64,000 bases of DNA from an uncultured virus (IMG/VR IMGVR_UViG_3300036770_004343) (IMGVR_UViG_3300036770_004343:1-64000); one strand, 5' to 3'; counted from the first letter of the stretch, positions 1 to 8,513 are shown. Notes: a model not told the origin generated them from the letters alone. A program made the numbers and translations.

Positions 1-863
1 TCTTCTATTTTCTCAACGCCCCAATCAGGATAATCAAATTCACTACCAACCGGTGTAGTGTTCCAATCACTATCAGTTACTTTTATCGATAAATTATTAC
101 CTTTAATAGCTTTAACAACAGCTTTTATACCCATTCCTTTAAATTTTACTTTGTCACCCACTTTGAATTCAACACCGACTTTATCTGCAACAGATGGTTT
201 AGGTGCGGGTGGAGGAGTTTCTTTCTTGGGCTCTTCTTTATCATACAGTTCATTGTATGAAATTATTCCGCTGCCAATTTCATATAAACATTCTTCGGGG
301 TTATATCCGTTGAACTCTATGACTTTCTCATATTGTTCTTTATATGGAAGTACTTTATTTTTATTATAATCCCAGAATGTGACAATAATAGCTTTACCAC
401 TTGGTATTGTACTTTCAATTTGTAAATCTAAATTTTCAGGTGGTTTGCTATCTGTATTGTCTACCTCAAATATTCTACCTTTCGTAATAGGATCTGAATA
501 TTGACTCATTCTACCCAATCCCTTTAGGATATTTTCCAAATCCAAATGACCGCCACCATTACTACTATCCTTTAATCGTTTGATACCTTTTTGAGCCCAA
601 TAATCCAATTGTTCTCTCTTATTAGAATCATACTTTATTTCTGGAGCATCTTCCATTTCTTTGATGTCTTTTAATACATCACCATCATCCGAATAAAATT
701 GTTTTTTGTTGTCACTATATCCAAATGTTGAATTTTTGCCGCTCACATCATCTTTATAAACAAAGAAAGCACATCTATTTGCTGGGGTAGTATAACTATA
801 AGTCTTTCTCTTATAATATACAGTATCAGGATTCTCCAAAAGTAAGTCTCTAAATCTGGTCAT
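1..863 (-). CDS. Hypothetical phage protein, partial (runs off left edge); probable late/virion-associated
   Basis: Own translation: ATG at 863, MTRFRDLLLENPDTVYYK..., open to position 1; ATATTTAT motif 6 nt upstream. Confidence 0.75.
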   Translation of the reverse strand, partial: MTRFRDLLLENPDTVYYKRKTYSYTTPANRCAFFVYKDDVSGKNSTFGYSDNKKQFYSDDGDVLKDIKEMEDAPEIKYDSNKREQLDYWAQKGIKRLKDSSNGGGHLDLENILKGLGRMSQYSDPITKGRIFEVDNTDSKPPENLDLQIESTIPSGKAIIVTFWDYNKNKVLPYKEQYEKVIEFNGYNPEECLYEIGSGIISYNELYDKEEPKKETPPPAPKPSVADKVGVEFKVGDKVKFKGMGIKAVVKAIKGNNLSIKVTDSDWNTTPVGSEFDYPDWGVEKIE

Positions 864-876
864 ATAGTTATAAATA

Positions 877-1050
877 TTAGTCAAACCTACTCTTATGCTT
901 ACTTTTAAAGTGTTTCAACCGTTCCATTATTTCTTCACGTTGTTTATCAGTATAAAACGACCAATCCCTCAACTCTTCCCAAGTACGTCCACATCCTTCG
1001 CATAGTTTATTATCAACTACTACACAGATTCTTTTACACGGGGTTTTCAT
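877..1050 (-). CDS. DUF1289-like small Cys-rich protein (57 aa)
   Basis: Own translation MKTPCKRICVVVDNKLCEGCGRTWEELRDW...; PCxxxC/CxGCxRTxxExxxW pattern. Confidence 0.75.
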   Translation of the reverse strand: MKTPCKRICVVVDNKLCEGCGRTWEELRDWSFYTDKQREEIMERLKHFKSKHKSRFD

Positions 1051-1065
1051 ATTATTTTTTTACAC

Positions 1066-1093
1066 AAAAAAACCCGTTCATTTCTGAACGGGT
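1066..1093 (-). terminator. Rho-independent terminator
   Basis: ACCCGTTCA-GAAA-TGAACGGGT followed by a T tract on the minus strand. Confidence 0.85.
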
Positions 1094-1107
1094 CAATTGA
1101 TTTTACT

Positions 1108-1605
1108 TTAAATGTTTTTTGCTTTTTCTATAATTTCTTTTAACTTTTTACTCTTTTTAGCGTCCATTGCGGCTTTCTTCATTGGTTCTGTTTTGTTGCC
1201 ATCTTTATCCAAATCCAAAAAGTCAGGCTTTGCACCTTCTTCATAACACTCATCACATTCCATATATTCCATCATCTTATCAATATCAGCTTCTTCTAGT
1301 TTTCTACCTACATATGGAGTAAGTATTTTCTTGATTTTACCAAACAAGTCAGCATCACCTTGGTCACCAGCAAATCTGTTTTTGTCACTGTGTTTGTCAA
1401 TTGTCTTGACAAAGGTCTTGGTAATCTTGCCTGGTTCTTCTGATTTTGGAGCTTTTTTAGCAACTGGCTTTTCAGCTTTTGGCTTTTCAACCTTTGGTTC
1501 GGCCTTTGGTTTTTCAGCTTTTTCAGCTTTTTCAGCTTTTTTAACTTCGGTTGCTACTTCTTCGTATACTTCTTGTATAAGTTTTTTTAAATCTGTTTTG
1601 GTCAT
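1108..1605 (-). CDS. Modular Lys/Glu-rich phage protein (KAEK/KPKAE repeats, DLDKDG motif); probable capsid cargo
   Basis: N-terminal MTKTDLKKLIQEVYEE; low-complexity repeat; C-terminal PDFLDLDKDGNKTEPMKKA module. Confidence 0.6.
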   Translation of the reverse strand: MTKTDLKKLIQEVYEEVATEVKKAEKAEKAEKPKAEPKVEKPKAEKPVAKKAPKSEEPGKITKTFVKTIDKHSDKNRFAGDQGDADLFGKIKKILTPYVGRKLEEADIDKMMEYMECDECYEEGAKPDFLDLDKDGNKTEPMKKAAMDAKKSKKLKEIIEKAKNI

Positions 1606-1644
1606 AATAGTATTATATTGATGTTATAGAAATAAATATAACAA

Positions 1645-1944
1645 TCAATTGGTTATAATTTGTTTTTTTATCAAACCGTCATACCATTTTCTACCAATTT
1701 CACTAAATCTATAGTCCCACTTTAATATGTAACGACTTTTTAATTCATTAACCATCGCCGTAGCATATCCTCTTCGACGATGTTCATAACTTATGTTTAT
1801 ATATTCTATACATACAATATCATCATAGCAGTTGACCTTGTAATACTTACAAAAGCCAACAGCATTGCCTTGTTTATTTAAAATTTCACAATTGTATTCG
1901 TCTCGGTTATTGTTGTAACCCAAATACGTGTGAATGAATTTCAT
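1645..1944 (-). CDS. GNAT family acetyltransferase
   Basis: Motif A EHRRRGYAT. Confidence 0.75.
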   Translation of the reverse strand: MKFIHTYLGYNNNRDEYNCEILNKQGNAVGFCKYYKVNCYDDIVCIEYINISYEHRRRGYATAMVNELKSRYILKWDYRFSEIGRKWYDGLIKKQIITN

Positions 1945-1947
1945 AAA

Positions 1948-2640
1948 CTAAGCGTGACACAACCAAGCTTGTATATTAAATCTCTTGTTTTCCCAAGACA
2001 AATCCTTCGGTGCTGTAATTTCACTACAAGCGTGAAACACACTAGATGGAAAAATAGTCAATTGATTGCTGGTCAATGGTAACTTATATGTATTGTTCTT
2101 GTACATAAAGTACTGTTCTCCACCTTTCATTACACTTGGATCTTGTACCAATGTAAGCGCAAATGTAAATGCGTTTTGTTTGTTTACCTCTATGCCATCC
2201 CAAGTCATACCACTAACAGATAAATCACGGTGCCAATTATAATAACCACCGTCGCCATAGTTGATGATATGATACTTATACAAATATCTGTATTTTGAAT
2301 ACGCGTTTAATTCTTCATTTTTAGCGTGGGTTAGAAAATCTAGTGTTCCTTGGTGAAAAATATATTTGCTTAGATTTGATATATAATAACCAAGATCTTG
2401 ATTTTTTTCTTGGTTCTGTTTTTCAAACGGAAGCCAAACATCTTGTCCAGTACACAATGGACTCAATGGTTCATCTGGATTATAAGCAAGTCCATCATTA
2501 TAACCACCACTCCAATGTGGTACACCAAAATGCGGTTTTAATCTAATAAAGTCTTCATATAGTTTTTTTACATAATCTCTGGGAAGAAAATTATCAATTA
2601 CTACAAGAGGAATGGTTTCGTGTTCTACAGGAATATACAT
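1948..2640 (-). CDS. 2OG-Fe(II) oxygenase
   Basis: VIDNFL, WHRD, GGE, IFPSSVFH, C-terminal R. Confidence 0.85.
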   Translation of the reverse strand: MYIPVEHETIPLVVIDNFLPRDYVKKLYEDFIRLKPHFGVPHWSGGYNDGLAYNPDEPLSPLCTGQDVWLPFEKQNQEKNQDLGYYISNLSKYIFHQGTLDFLTHAKNEELNAYSKYRYLYKYHIINYGDGGYYNWHRDLSVSGMTWDGIEVNKQNAFTFALTLVQDPSVMKGGEQYFMYKNNTYKLPLTSNQLTIFPSSVFHACSEITAPKDLSWENKRFNIQAWLCHA

Positions 2641-2653
2641 AACATTTATATTT

Positions 2654-3358
2654 TTAATTATACCAACCAGATACGCTAATTCTTTCTTTGTTTGAATTGT
2701 TGACCACCTGAGTTACACAATGAGGTGCAACTCCAGCGGTTACTTCAAAAATAACCAATTTATTAAAAGATGGATTAATAGCTCTAATGTTGTTTTTGTC
2801 TCTCAAATCCAAATATAACCCACCAAAATCAGGATTCCAATCTTTAGTTAAATGACACACAAATGCCAGCTTGCCATTTACATCATCTGTATGATTGCTT
2901 AAAAAACATTTTTCAGAATAACGACTTACAAATGTTTTATCACCCGTCGTAATATTTAGATCTGTTACACTATTGATAAAGTCTATCATTTCTTTACCGT
3001 TAAAGAAAGCCATTGTTTCATTATAAACAGTGCAATTGAACTTTTCCATTACCCCAGGCATTGTTTTAAAGAAAAAGTAACTAAACAAATTGTTATCTCT
3101 GGCATTACAAGCGTGTTGATACGCTTGTTCCATAACATATCTGTTGGTAGGAACATTTTGCCACCATTCCCAATCACCTTCATATCTAAGAGATGGCATA
3201 TATGTAGCACACCAATGTTCTTTATTCATCTCAGTTGTATAGTACTTGTGTAACTTTTCAGCCCATTCTTCTGTCAAAAAGTTATCTATTACAACCCGTC
3301 TGTTTTTGATAAATTCTTCTTTATAAGCAGAAGCATTGATATTTTTTATATTAATCAT
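2654..3358 (-). CDS. 2OG-Fe(II) oxygenase (prolyl-hydroxylase-like)
   Basis: HTD, W-x-P-x-FGG, FNKLVIF, PHCV, RISVSGW. Confidence 0.85.
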   Translation of the reverse strand: MINIKNINASAYKEEFIKNRRVVIDNFLTEEWAEKLHKYYTTEMNKEHWCATYMPSLRYEGDWEWWQNVPTNRYVMEQAYQHACNARDNNLFSYFFFKTMPGVMEKFNCTVYNETMAFFNGKEMIDFINSVTDLNITTGDKTFVSRYSEKCFLSNHTDDVNGKLAFVCHLTKDWNPDFGGLYLDLRDKNNIRAINPSFNKLVIFEVTAGVAPHCVTQVVNNSNKERISVSGWYN

Positions 3359-3361
3359 ATA

Positions 3362-3595
3362 TTAGCCATTTAAAACATTTTTGACACATCCTTTTGATAG
3401 AGCTAAAATTTCATCAAGTGTTTCCTTAACTCTAATAGATCCACCATTCTGGTGAGATGTATTAATAACAGTGTGCTTACCACTAGGACTTGGTTCCATA
3501 CTAACCGCTCTATCCAAATTAAATAAAATTGGAATATAAGTGCGGGTATTATCGTGATTCAGATCCAACTGATTTAGTTTTACAAAATGTGCCAT
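3362..3595 (-). CDS. FlbD/SwrD-like small protein
   Basis: FVKL...FNLDRAVSME...TVI...VKETLDEI pattern. Confidence 0.5.
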   Translation of the reverse strand: MAHFVKLNQLDLNHDNTRTYIPILFNLDRAVSMEPSPSGKHTVINTSHQNGGSIRVKETLDEILALSKGCVKNVLNG

Positions 3596-3605
3596 ATTTT
3601 CTATT

Positions 3606-3634
3606 AATATATAACGAGTATTTTAGTGGGTCAA
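3606..3634 (-). promoter_or_regulatory. sigma70-type promoter
   Basis: TTGACC-N17-TATATT upstream of the 3595 start. Confidence 0.55.
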
Positions 3635-3669
3635 GTAAAATATGAAAATATAATAACTACTTATAGTTA

Positions 3670-4065
3670 ATGGCAGTTACTAATACATTTGGATCAGTTT
3701 GTGAAACTTGGAACTCATATTGTTTCACTTGGGGCGATTGTATTGCTTCTGTTGTTGAAGTTTTGGAGGGAGGAGCTAGAAATCCTCAAGAATGGGGAGA
3801 TCATCCTTTTGATAATTATGAAGATCAACAAAAGGCATTGCTTGATTTTCAATTAAAGAATCCTCAAAAAACAGCTAAACTTGTTGACATATTATTAAAG
3901 TGTCAAAATAAAAAATATAAGAAAACTATTGAAATACCCGACAAAAAGATATTTATAAAAGTAAATGACGTAAACTTTATTATTGATACACTTAATGAGG
4001 TAGGCGTTGACATAAAAAATATAAGAAAGTATAACGACGATGAGCTACAAAATTTACTTGGATAA
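3670..4065 (+). CDS. Hypothetical protein
   Basis: 131-aa ORF, CTACTTAT motif 5 nt upstream. Confidence 0.65.
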   Translation: MAVTNTFGSVCETWNSYCFTWGDCIASVVEVLEGGARNPQEWGDHPFDNYEDQQKALLDFQLKNPQKTAKLVDILLKCQNKKYKKTIEIPDKKIFIKVNDVNFIIDTLNEVGVDIKNIRKYNDDELQNLLG

Positions 4066-4555
4066 AGATTTTGCATTTGAATGTGAAGCAGCAATTAAAA
4101 ATGCATCATACAAAAACAGTTCCGCTCGCTTGATCCTCGAAAGCGACGACGTAAATCTTGTGTTTTATGGCAACGTAGATAAAAATACAATCAATGTACC
4201 AATCAAAAGTTTAAAGAAATACTTTACAGAAAAAGATAGTGCAAAAATAAAATTGGAAGTTATTGTAGAAAATCAATTGGTTACTCCGTGGGAAAGTGAA
4301 GTTGAATTTGATAACTACAATAAGGTGGAGATCAAAGAAATCAAAAATATCAAACAAAACCCATTGGTGGAAATTAAAATAAAAGAAGAACCAAAAGAAG
4401 AAGTTATCGTTGAAAAAACAAAACCTGTGGATAGTCCAAAACAAAGTCTTTTAAAGAACATCAACGAAGAAATCAAAAAGATAAAAGCAAACGGAAAAAT
4501 AAATAAAGAGGCAAAAAAAGAATTAATTAAAAATCTATTACAAAAAGGTTTATAA
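4040..4555 (+). CDS. Hypothetical protein, possibly structural
   Basis: 171-aa ORF with beta-rich N-terminus and charged tail. Confidence 0.65.
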   Translation: MSYKIYLDKDFAFECEAAIKNASYKNSSARLILESDDVNLVFYGNVDKNTINVPIKSLKKYFTEKDSAKIKLEVIVENQLVTPWESEVEFDNYNKVEIKEIKNIKQNPLVEIKIKEEPKEEVIVEKTKPVDSPKQSLLKNINEEIKKIKANGKINKEAKKELIKNLLQKGL

Positions 4556-4570
4556 TTAATATAATATGAT

Positions 4571-5122
4571 ATGCCAGTTTTTCCATCACAAAATCTAAAT
4601 ACACAAAAAATTTGTGAGTCATATCCAAAATTATTACAAGTATATAGCAGTAGCTTAGTTCTCGACGGTACAGGTAGTTTAATAAAATTTTTAAATCTTA
4701 CATCAAGTTATGCACTCAATTGTAACTGTCCATCAGGATCGGGCGGTACACAACTATATACAGGCAGTACTTATCCAATTACAAGTAGTTGGGCATTATA
4801 TACACTGACTAGTAGTTATATACAAGTTACAGGTGTAAGTTATCCAGTAAGAAAAATCAATAACAACTACACTATAGTAAAAACCACTGATTATACTATT
4901 CTATGTGATGCAACTAGTGGTAGCTTTGATGTTAAATTGCCAAATCCATCGGGTAACACAAACATTTATAACATAAAAAAAATAGATCACACAGGTCATT
5001 GTGTAAACGTGATGGTAACAAATGCTTCTTATATAGACTATGATGTTACTCAAAGTATTTGTCATAGAGGTACAAATATGACCATACAAAGTGATGGTAC
5101 AAACCAATATTGGATATTATAA
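4571..5122 (+). CDS. Putative virion structural/fibre-associated protein
   Basis: SSYA/SSWA/GS motifs; C-terminal DYTILCDATSG...LP...SDGTNQYWI domain typical of fibre proteins. Confidence 0.6.
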   Translation: MPVFPSQNLNTQKICESYPKLLQVYSSSLVLDGTGSLIKFLNLTSSYALNCNCPSGSGGTQLYTGSTYPITSSWALYTLTSSYIQVTGVSYPVRKINNNYTIVKTTDYTILCDATSGSFDVKLPNPSGNTNIYNIKKIDHTGHCVNVMVTNASYIDYDVTQSICHRGTNMTIQSDGTNQYWIL

Positions 5123-5125
5123 TTT

Positions 5126-6358
5126 ATGTCATACTTCGAAAAAACAAGAATATTATCAGCAGACAGTCCAAGCATCGATGCTTTCGGTAAATGGCGTGTT
5201 AGTCAACCAACCACATTATTCGATGGCAAACAAATAGTTGATAGCGGCAGTTTCTACTTTGATATCAAAACAACATCTGGCGGTACTGTAACGTGGAATA
5301 GTGGTAGCGCTCAAAGCACAATGGCTGTAACTTCTACAAGTGGTAGTAGAGCTATAAAACAAACCAAAAGAATATTTATATATCAGCCAGGTAAAAGTCA
5401 ACAAATCATTTGCACAGGTAAATTTGATGGCAGAGTTGACGGCATAAAGAAAAGTATGGGTAGTTTCGATGATGATAATGGATATTTCTTTCAAACAAGT
5501 GGTAGCAGTTTTGGTATAGTATTAAGAAAAACAATCAATGGTGTAAGAACAGATACATTTGTAAGTCAAAGCACTTGGAACTTAGATAAAATGAATGGTA
5601 CAGGTCCATCTGGTAATACCTTGGATGTAAGTAAAGCTCAAATTTATACAATGGATTATGAATGGTTAGGTGTGGGTAGAATTCGTTATGGAGTTGTACA
5701 AAAAGGTATATTGATATATGTACACGAAATAAACAACTATAATAGTCTAGAAACAGTTTACTTGCGCAATCCTAATTTACCCATAAGATATGAAATAAGT
5801 ACCCACAAAAATACCACAACTGGCAGTTTGATGACACAAATATGTAGCACAGTTATAAGTGAAGGTGGTTTTGATAATACAGGCAAAAGAGTGGTCATTA
5901 CAAGTAATAATGGTGCTACTATTGGTGCAAGTGAATATGACGCTGTATTGTTTATAAGATATAATAGTGCTACGTCTAAATGTGCTCAAATCATACCTGA
6001 ACAATTAGATTTATTGATAAAGCCTGGCAATAGTAGCACCTTTGCCGGAAGATGGGAGTTATTAGTTAACCCAACGGTAACAAATGCCGTAACCTATAAC
6101 AACGTTAGTGGATCGGTAGTAACACAAGTGGGTGTAGTAAGTGCTGGAAATGTTATAATAGACCCAGGCACAATTATAGCAACTGGATATTTTGCTGGTA
6201 CATCAGCTAATAGTGTGGCGCAAATGGTAACATTGGATCCATATTATGGTTTGGGTAGAAAAATAGACAATAGCAGCGATGTATTAGCAATTGCTATAAA
6301 AACAATAGATAATACATACACAGTATATCCATCATTAATAGTTAGAGAATTAACATAA
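5126..6358 (+). CDS. Putative virion structural protein (beta-sandwich/lectin-like)
   Basis: DAFGKWRVS-P-TLFD, YQPGKS, YEWLGVG motifs; Ser/Thr/Gly-rich. Confidence 0.6.
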   Translation: MSYFEKTRILSADSPSIDAFGKWRVSQPTTLFDGKQIVDSGSFYFDIKTTSGGTVTWNSGSAQSTMAVTSTSGSRAIKQTKRIFIYQPGKSQQIICTGKFDGRVDGIKKSMGSFDDDNGYFFQTSGSSFGIVLRKTINGVRTDTFVSQSTWNLDKMNGTGPSGNTLDVSKAQIYTMDYEWLGVGRIRYGVVQKGILIYVHEINNYNSLETVYLRNPNLPIRYEISTHKNTTTGSLMTQICSTVISEGGFDNTGKRVVITSNNGATIGASEYDAVLFIRYNSATSKCAQIIPEQLDLLIKPGNSSTFAGRWELLVNPTVTNAVTYNNVSGSVVTQVGVVSAGNVIIDPGTIIATGYFAGTSANSVAQMVTLDPYYGLGRKIDNSSDVLAIAIKTIDNTYTVYPSLIVRELT

Positions 6359-6471
6359 AATATAAAGATATATAAACCAATATTTATTGCTATAAGCACT
6401 ACAAGAAACAACCACACGAATAAAAATACTAGAAAATAGAATCTCACAACTAGAATCTAAACAATAACCAC

Positions 6472-6505
6472 AAAAACCCCACCAAATTAATGATGGGGTT
6501 TTTTT
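6472..6505. terminator. Probably bidirectional Rho-independent terminator
   Basis: AAAAACCCCA...TGGGGTTTTTTT. Confidence 0.75.
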
Positions 6506-6572
6506 ATTAAATAATTTTAACGATTTTTCTACTTTTTTTCTACTTTGATATATTCAATCACTATTTATTAGT

Positions 6573-6716
6573 ATGGGAAGAAAACAAAAATATATCACAG
6601 ATGAAGAAAAATTAAACGCACGCCGTGAAAGACAAATGCGTTATTATTTCAATAATCAACAAGTTAAAAAAGAAAAAGCATTAGAAAGATATTACAAAAA
6701 GAAAGGGGAAAAATGA
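6573..6716 (+). CDS. Small basic protein (47 aa), translationally coupled to the endonuclease
   Basis: Own translation MGRKQKYITDEEKLNARRERQMRYY...; ATGA overlap with 6713. Confidence 0.7.
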   Translation: MGRKQKYITDEEKLNARRERQMRYYFNNQQVKKEKALERYYKKKGEK

Positions 6717-7519
6717 AACTCTATTTGATGATAAAAACACATAATATAACCGGCAAAAAATATTTATGCAAAAAACAAGCTAGAAGTGATGTAGAGGCTG
6801 TTAAATACACAGGATCAGGTCTTAAATGGAAACCACATTTAAAAGAATTTGGCAAAAATTTTACTACTGAAATTTTGTTTGTTTGTCCAATTGAAAACAA
6901 GAAGGAATTTAGAAAAATAGCTATAGATTATAGTTATAAACTTAATATTTTAAGTGATTCAAATTGGATGAATATGATATTAGAAGATGGCGGTGGTGGT
7001 TCAACATCAGAAACAAATGGTAGTAAAGGTAAAAAATGGATTTATAAAGATGAACAAAGAAAAAGTGTATGTCAAAGTGTATTGCAAGAGTATCTATCAA
7101 ATGGTTGGACTCTTGGATTTCCAGAAAAATTTAAAAAAATCATTTCTGATTATAGCAAAGGAAAAATTCCGTGGAATAAAAATAAAAGTTTAAAACTTCC
7201 ACATGAATATACATCAAGAATTTATAAAAAGAAATATAATACAAATAAAAATAAAAAGAATGAATATACTAGTGAACTTAGAAGTTTAATTGCAAAAGAA
7301 TGTTTAAATAGACCAGAAGTATTATTGAAATTTAAACAACCAAGAAAATCCCCAATTACAGCAAAAAATGTAACCACGAATGAAATTAAAACTCTTGGTA
7401 GAAGACAATGGCATGATGTTCACCAAATAGATTATAGGAAACTTTTGAAGGGATATACATCAAAAGGATGGAAGATGGTAGTGGTACCGGGACTTGAACC
7501 CGGAACTTCACCCTTATAA
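6713..7519 (+). CDS. Free-standing GIY-YIG (Seg-like) homing endonuclease
   Basis: KLYLMIKTHNITGKKYL...YTGSG, later N; NUMOD-like PWNK repeat; sits beside the tRNA array. Confidence 0.75.
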   Translation: MKLYLMIKTHNITGKKYLCKKQARSDVEAVKYTGSGLKWKPHLKEFGKNFTTEILFVCPIENKKEFRKIAIDYSYKLNILSDSNWMNMILEDGGGGSTSETNGSKGKKWIYKDEQRKSVCQSVLQEYLSNGWTLGFPEKFKKIISDYSKGKIPWNKNKSLKLPHEYTSRIYKKKYNTNKNKKNEYTSELRSLIAKECLNRPEVLLKFKQPRKSPITAKNVTTNEIKTLGRRQWHDVHQIDYRKLLKGYTSKGWKMVVVPGLEPGTSPL

Positions 7520-7552
7520 GGAGTGTACTCTAACCACTTGAGTTATACCACT
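7476..7552 (-). tRNA. tRNA-Ile (UAU)
   Basis: AGTGGTA/TACCACT acceptor, CACTC-CTTATAA-GGGTG anticodon arm, TTCAAGT T-loop, encoded CCA. Confidence 0.9.
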
Positions 7553-7561
7553 ATCAAAAAA

Positions 7562-7641
7562 TGGAGCGGTGTCTCGGACTTATTTATTCACCGGCCTTCT
7601 CACTGGAATGTGAACGTGCTCCTCATAGACACTAACACCGC
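7562..7641 (-). tRNA. Aberrant tRNA-Gly-like (UCC in a 6-nt loop; non-canonical T arm)
   Basis: GCGGTGT/ACACCGC acceptor + U73 + CCA; TTCAC-ATTCCA-GTGAG; no TTC T-loop. Confidence 0.6.
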
Positions 7642-7649
7642 ATTAAAAT

Positions 7650-7722
7650 TGGAGCGGGTCCGAACTTTGCATTTCGCCTTTTAGTCTGGTAGACTAACGT
7701 GCTCTCTTTACACTTGACCCGC
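7650..7722 (-). tRNA. Aberrant tRNA-Gly-like (ACC anticodon)
   Basis: GCGGGTC/GACCCGC acceptor + U73 + CCA; TTAGT-CTACCAG-ACTAA; D-loop lacks GG; 4-bp T stem CGAA/TTCG. Confidence 0.65.
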
Positions 7723-7732
7723 ATCTTAAATC

Positions 7733-8035
7733 AAAATAGGAAGGACTAATGATTACCTCCAAGTTTCAGAATCACGACTGGTTATTCATCCACAGTCCAC
7801 ACGGTTAATTACTCCTTGTGTTAATGACTGATGGGATTTGTTTTTCCCACAACGGGCTACGATTTATCATTTATATTTTAGCTACGATCCCGATACGCTC
7901 AAATTCAAGGTTGTACGACCTCAAATTCTCCATAGATTTACCCTCCATAACTCTTACTCCAACCAATATACAACGTTTTTCAACGCCATATATTGTGCGT
8001 TACAACTAAACTAATCGTTGTTCCGCCACTATCTT
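7733..8035 (-). ncRNA. Candidate ~300-nt structured ncRNA, family unassigned
   Basis: Ends pair (AAGATAG/CTATTTT); internal helices CAATATAT/GTATATTG with a GAAA tetraloop, TTTGAGGT/ACCTTGAA, TGGGA/TCCCA, GACTG/CAGTC, TGATT/AATCA; lies within the tRNA transcript. Confidence 0.6.
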
Positions 8036-8038
8036 AAA

Positions 8039-8051
8039 TTGTTAAAGAACT
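8039..8051 (-). promoter_or_regulatory. boxA-like antitermination element
   Basis: AGTTCTTTAACAA versus rrn boxA TGCTCTTTAACA. Confidence 0.55.
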
Positions 8052-8052
8052 A

Positions 8053-8186
8053 TTGAAAAAGTTGATGGGACTTGAACCCACATACATAACGTCTATTTGT
8101 AGTTATATCGTTAATCGGCGGTTTTCCCCGTGTCTACAACTTTGGGTACCGACCTCCTGCTACGCCATTCGCTACAACCTTCTCAA
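8053..8186 (-). ncRNA. tRNA-like RNA with the anticodon arm replaced by a ~75-nt insert
   Basis: 12-bp terminal stem, TA linker, D-loop with GG, GTGGG-TTCAAGT-CCCAT T arm; no encoded CCA. Confidence 0.65.
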
Positions 8187-8194
8187 TTGAAAAA

Positions 8195-8472
8195 TGGTAG
8201 GCGTGAGTGGATTCGAACCACCGCTTTACAGATTTTCGTACCACTATAATTTTCATTACACATTTCTGTTTTGTGGTCTGGACTTTCTCTTCATCATAAC
8301 ATTTCTGTTTTAGATGTTTGCCGTTAAGTCTCTACACCTTCTCATTTCTGAGCTTGGCTCGGGATTGGCAGTTAAGCTTTCCCCGAATTTGACAAATTCT
8401 ACTTTAGAGATTTCTCTCTAAGCACTCAATTTACGCTAAAGTCTGTTGACTCTTCCGCTGGTCTACACGCCC
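8195..8472 (-). tRNA. tRNA-Leu (UAA), intron-containing (exons 8439-8472 and 8195-8236), short variable loop
   Basis: GGGCGTG/CACGCCT acceptor, spliced loop ACAGA-CTT^AAAA-TCTGT, TTCGAAT T-loop, CCA. Confidence 0.85.
8237..8438 (-). ncRNA. Group I intron (IC3-like, ~202 nt, no ORF) in the tRNA-Leu(UAA) anticodon
   Basis: P1 ACTT/GAGT with U.G at the splice site; core AAATTCGGGGAA, AATCCCGAG, GTAGAGACT, AAGAGAAAGTCC; terminal omega-G. Confidence 0.9.
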
Positions 8473-8513
8473 ATTTAAATTACTTACAAAGAACTATTAC
8501 TTACTACTCTTTC

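Noticed and set aside
1440..1545. Tandem DNA repeat as an independent element
   Set aside because: Explained by the KAEK/KPKAE low-complexity coding repeat
6244..6447. Hydrophobic 67-aa minus-strand ORF
   Set aside because: Overlaps 115 nt of a convergent gene, and the hydrophobicity could arise from A-rich plus-strand sequence
7733..8186. tmRNA or RNase P RNA
   Set aside because: No alanine-type G3.U70 acceptor with CCA, no tag frame and no P4 signature visible
8195..8472. Ochre suppressor (UUA anticodon) reading of the intron-containing tRNA
   Set aside because: The omega-G fixes the 3' exon as AAAA and the P1 U.G pair fixes the 5' exon as CTT, giving a 7-nt loop with UAA (Leu)
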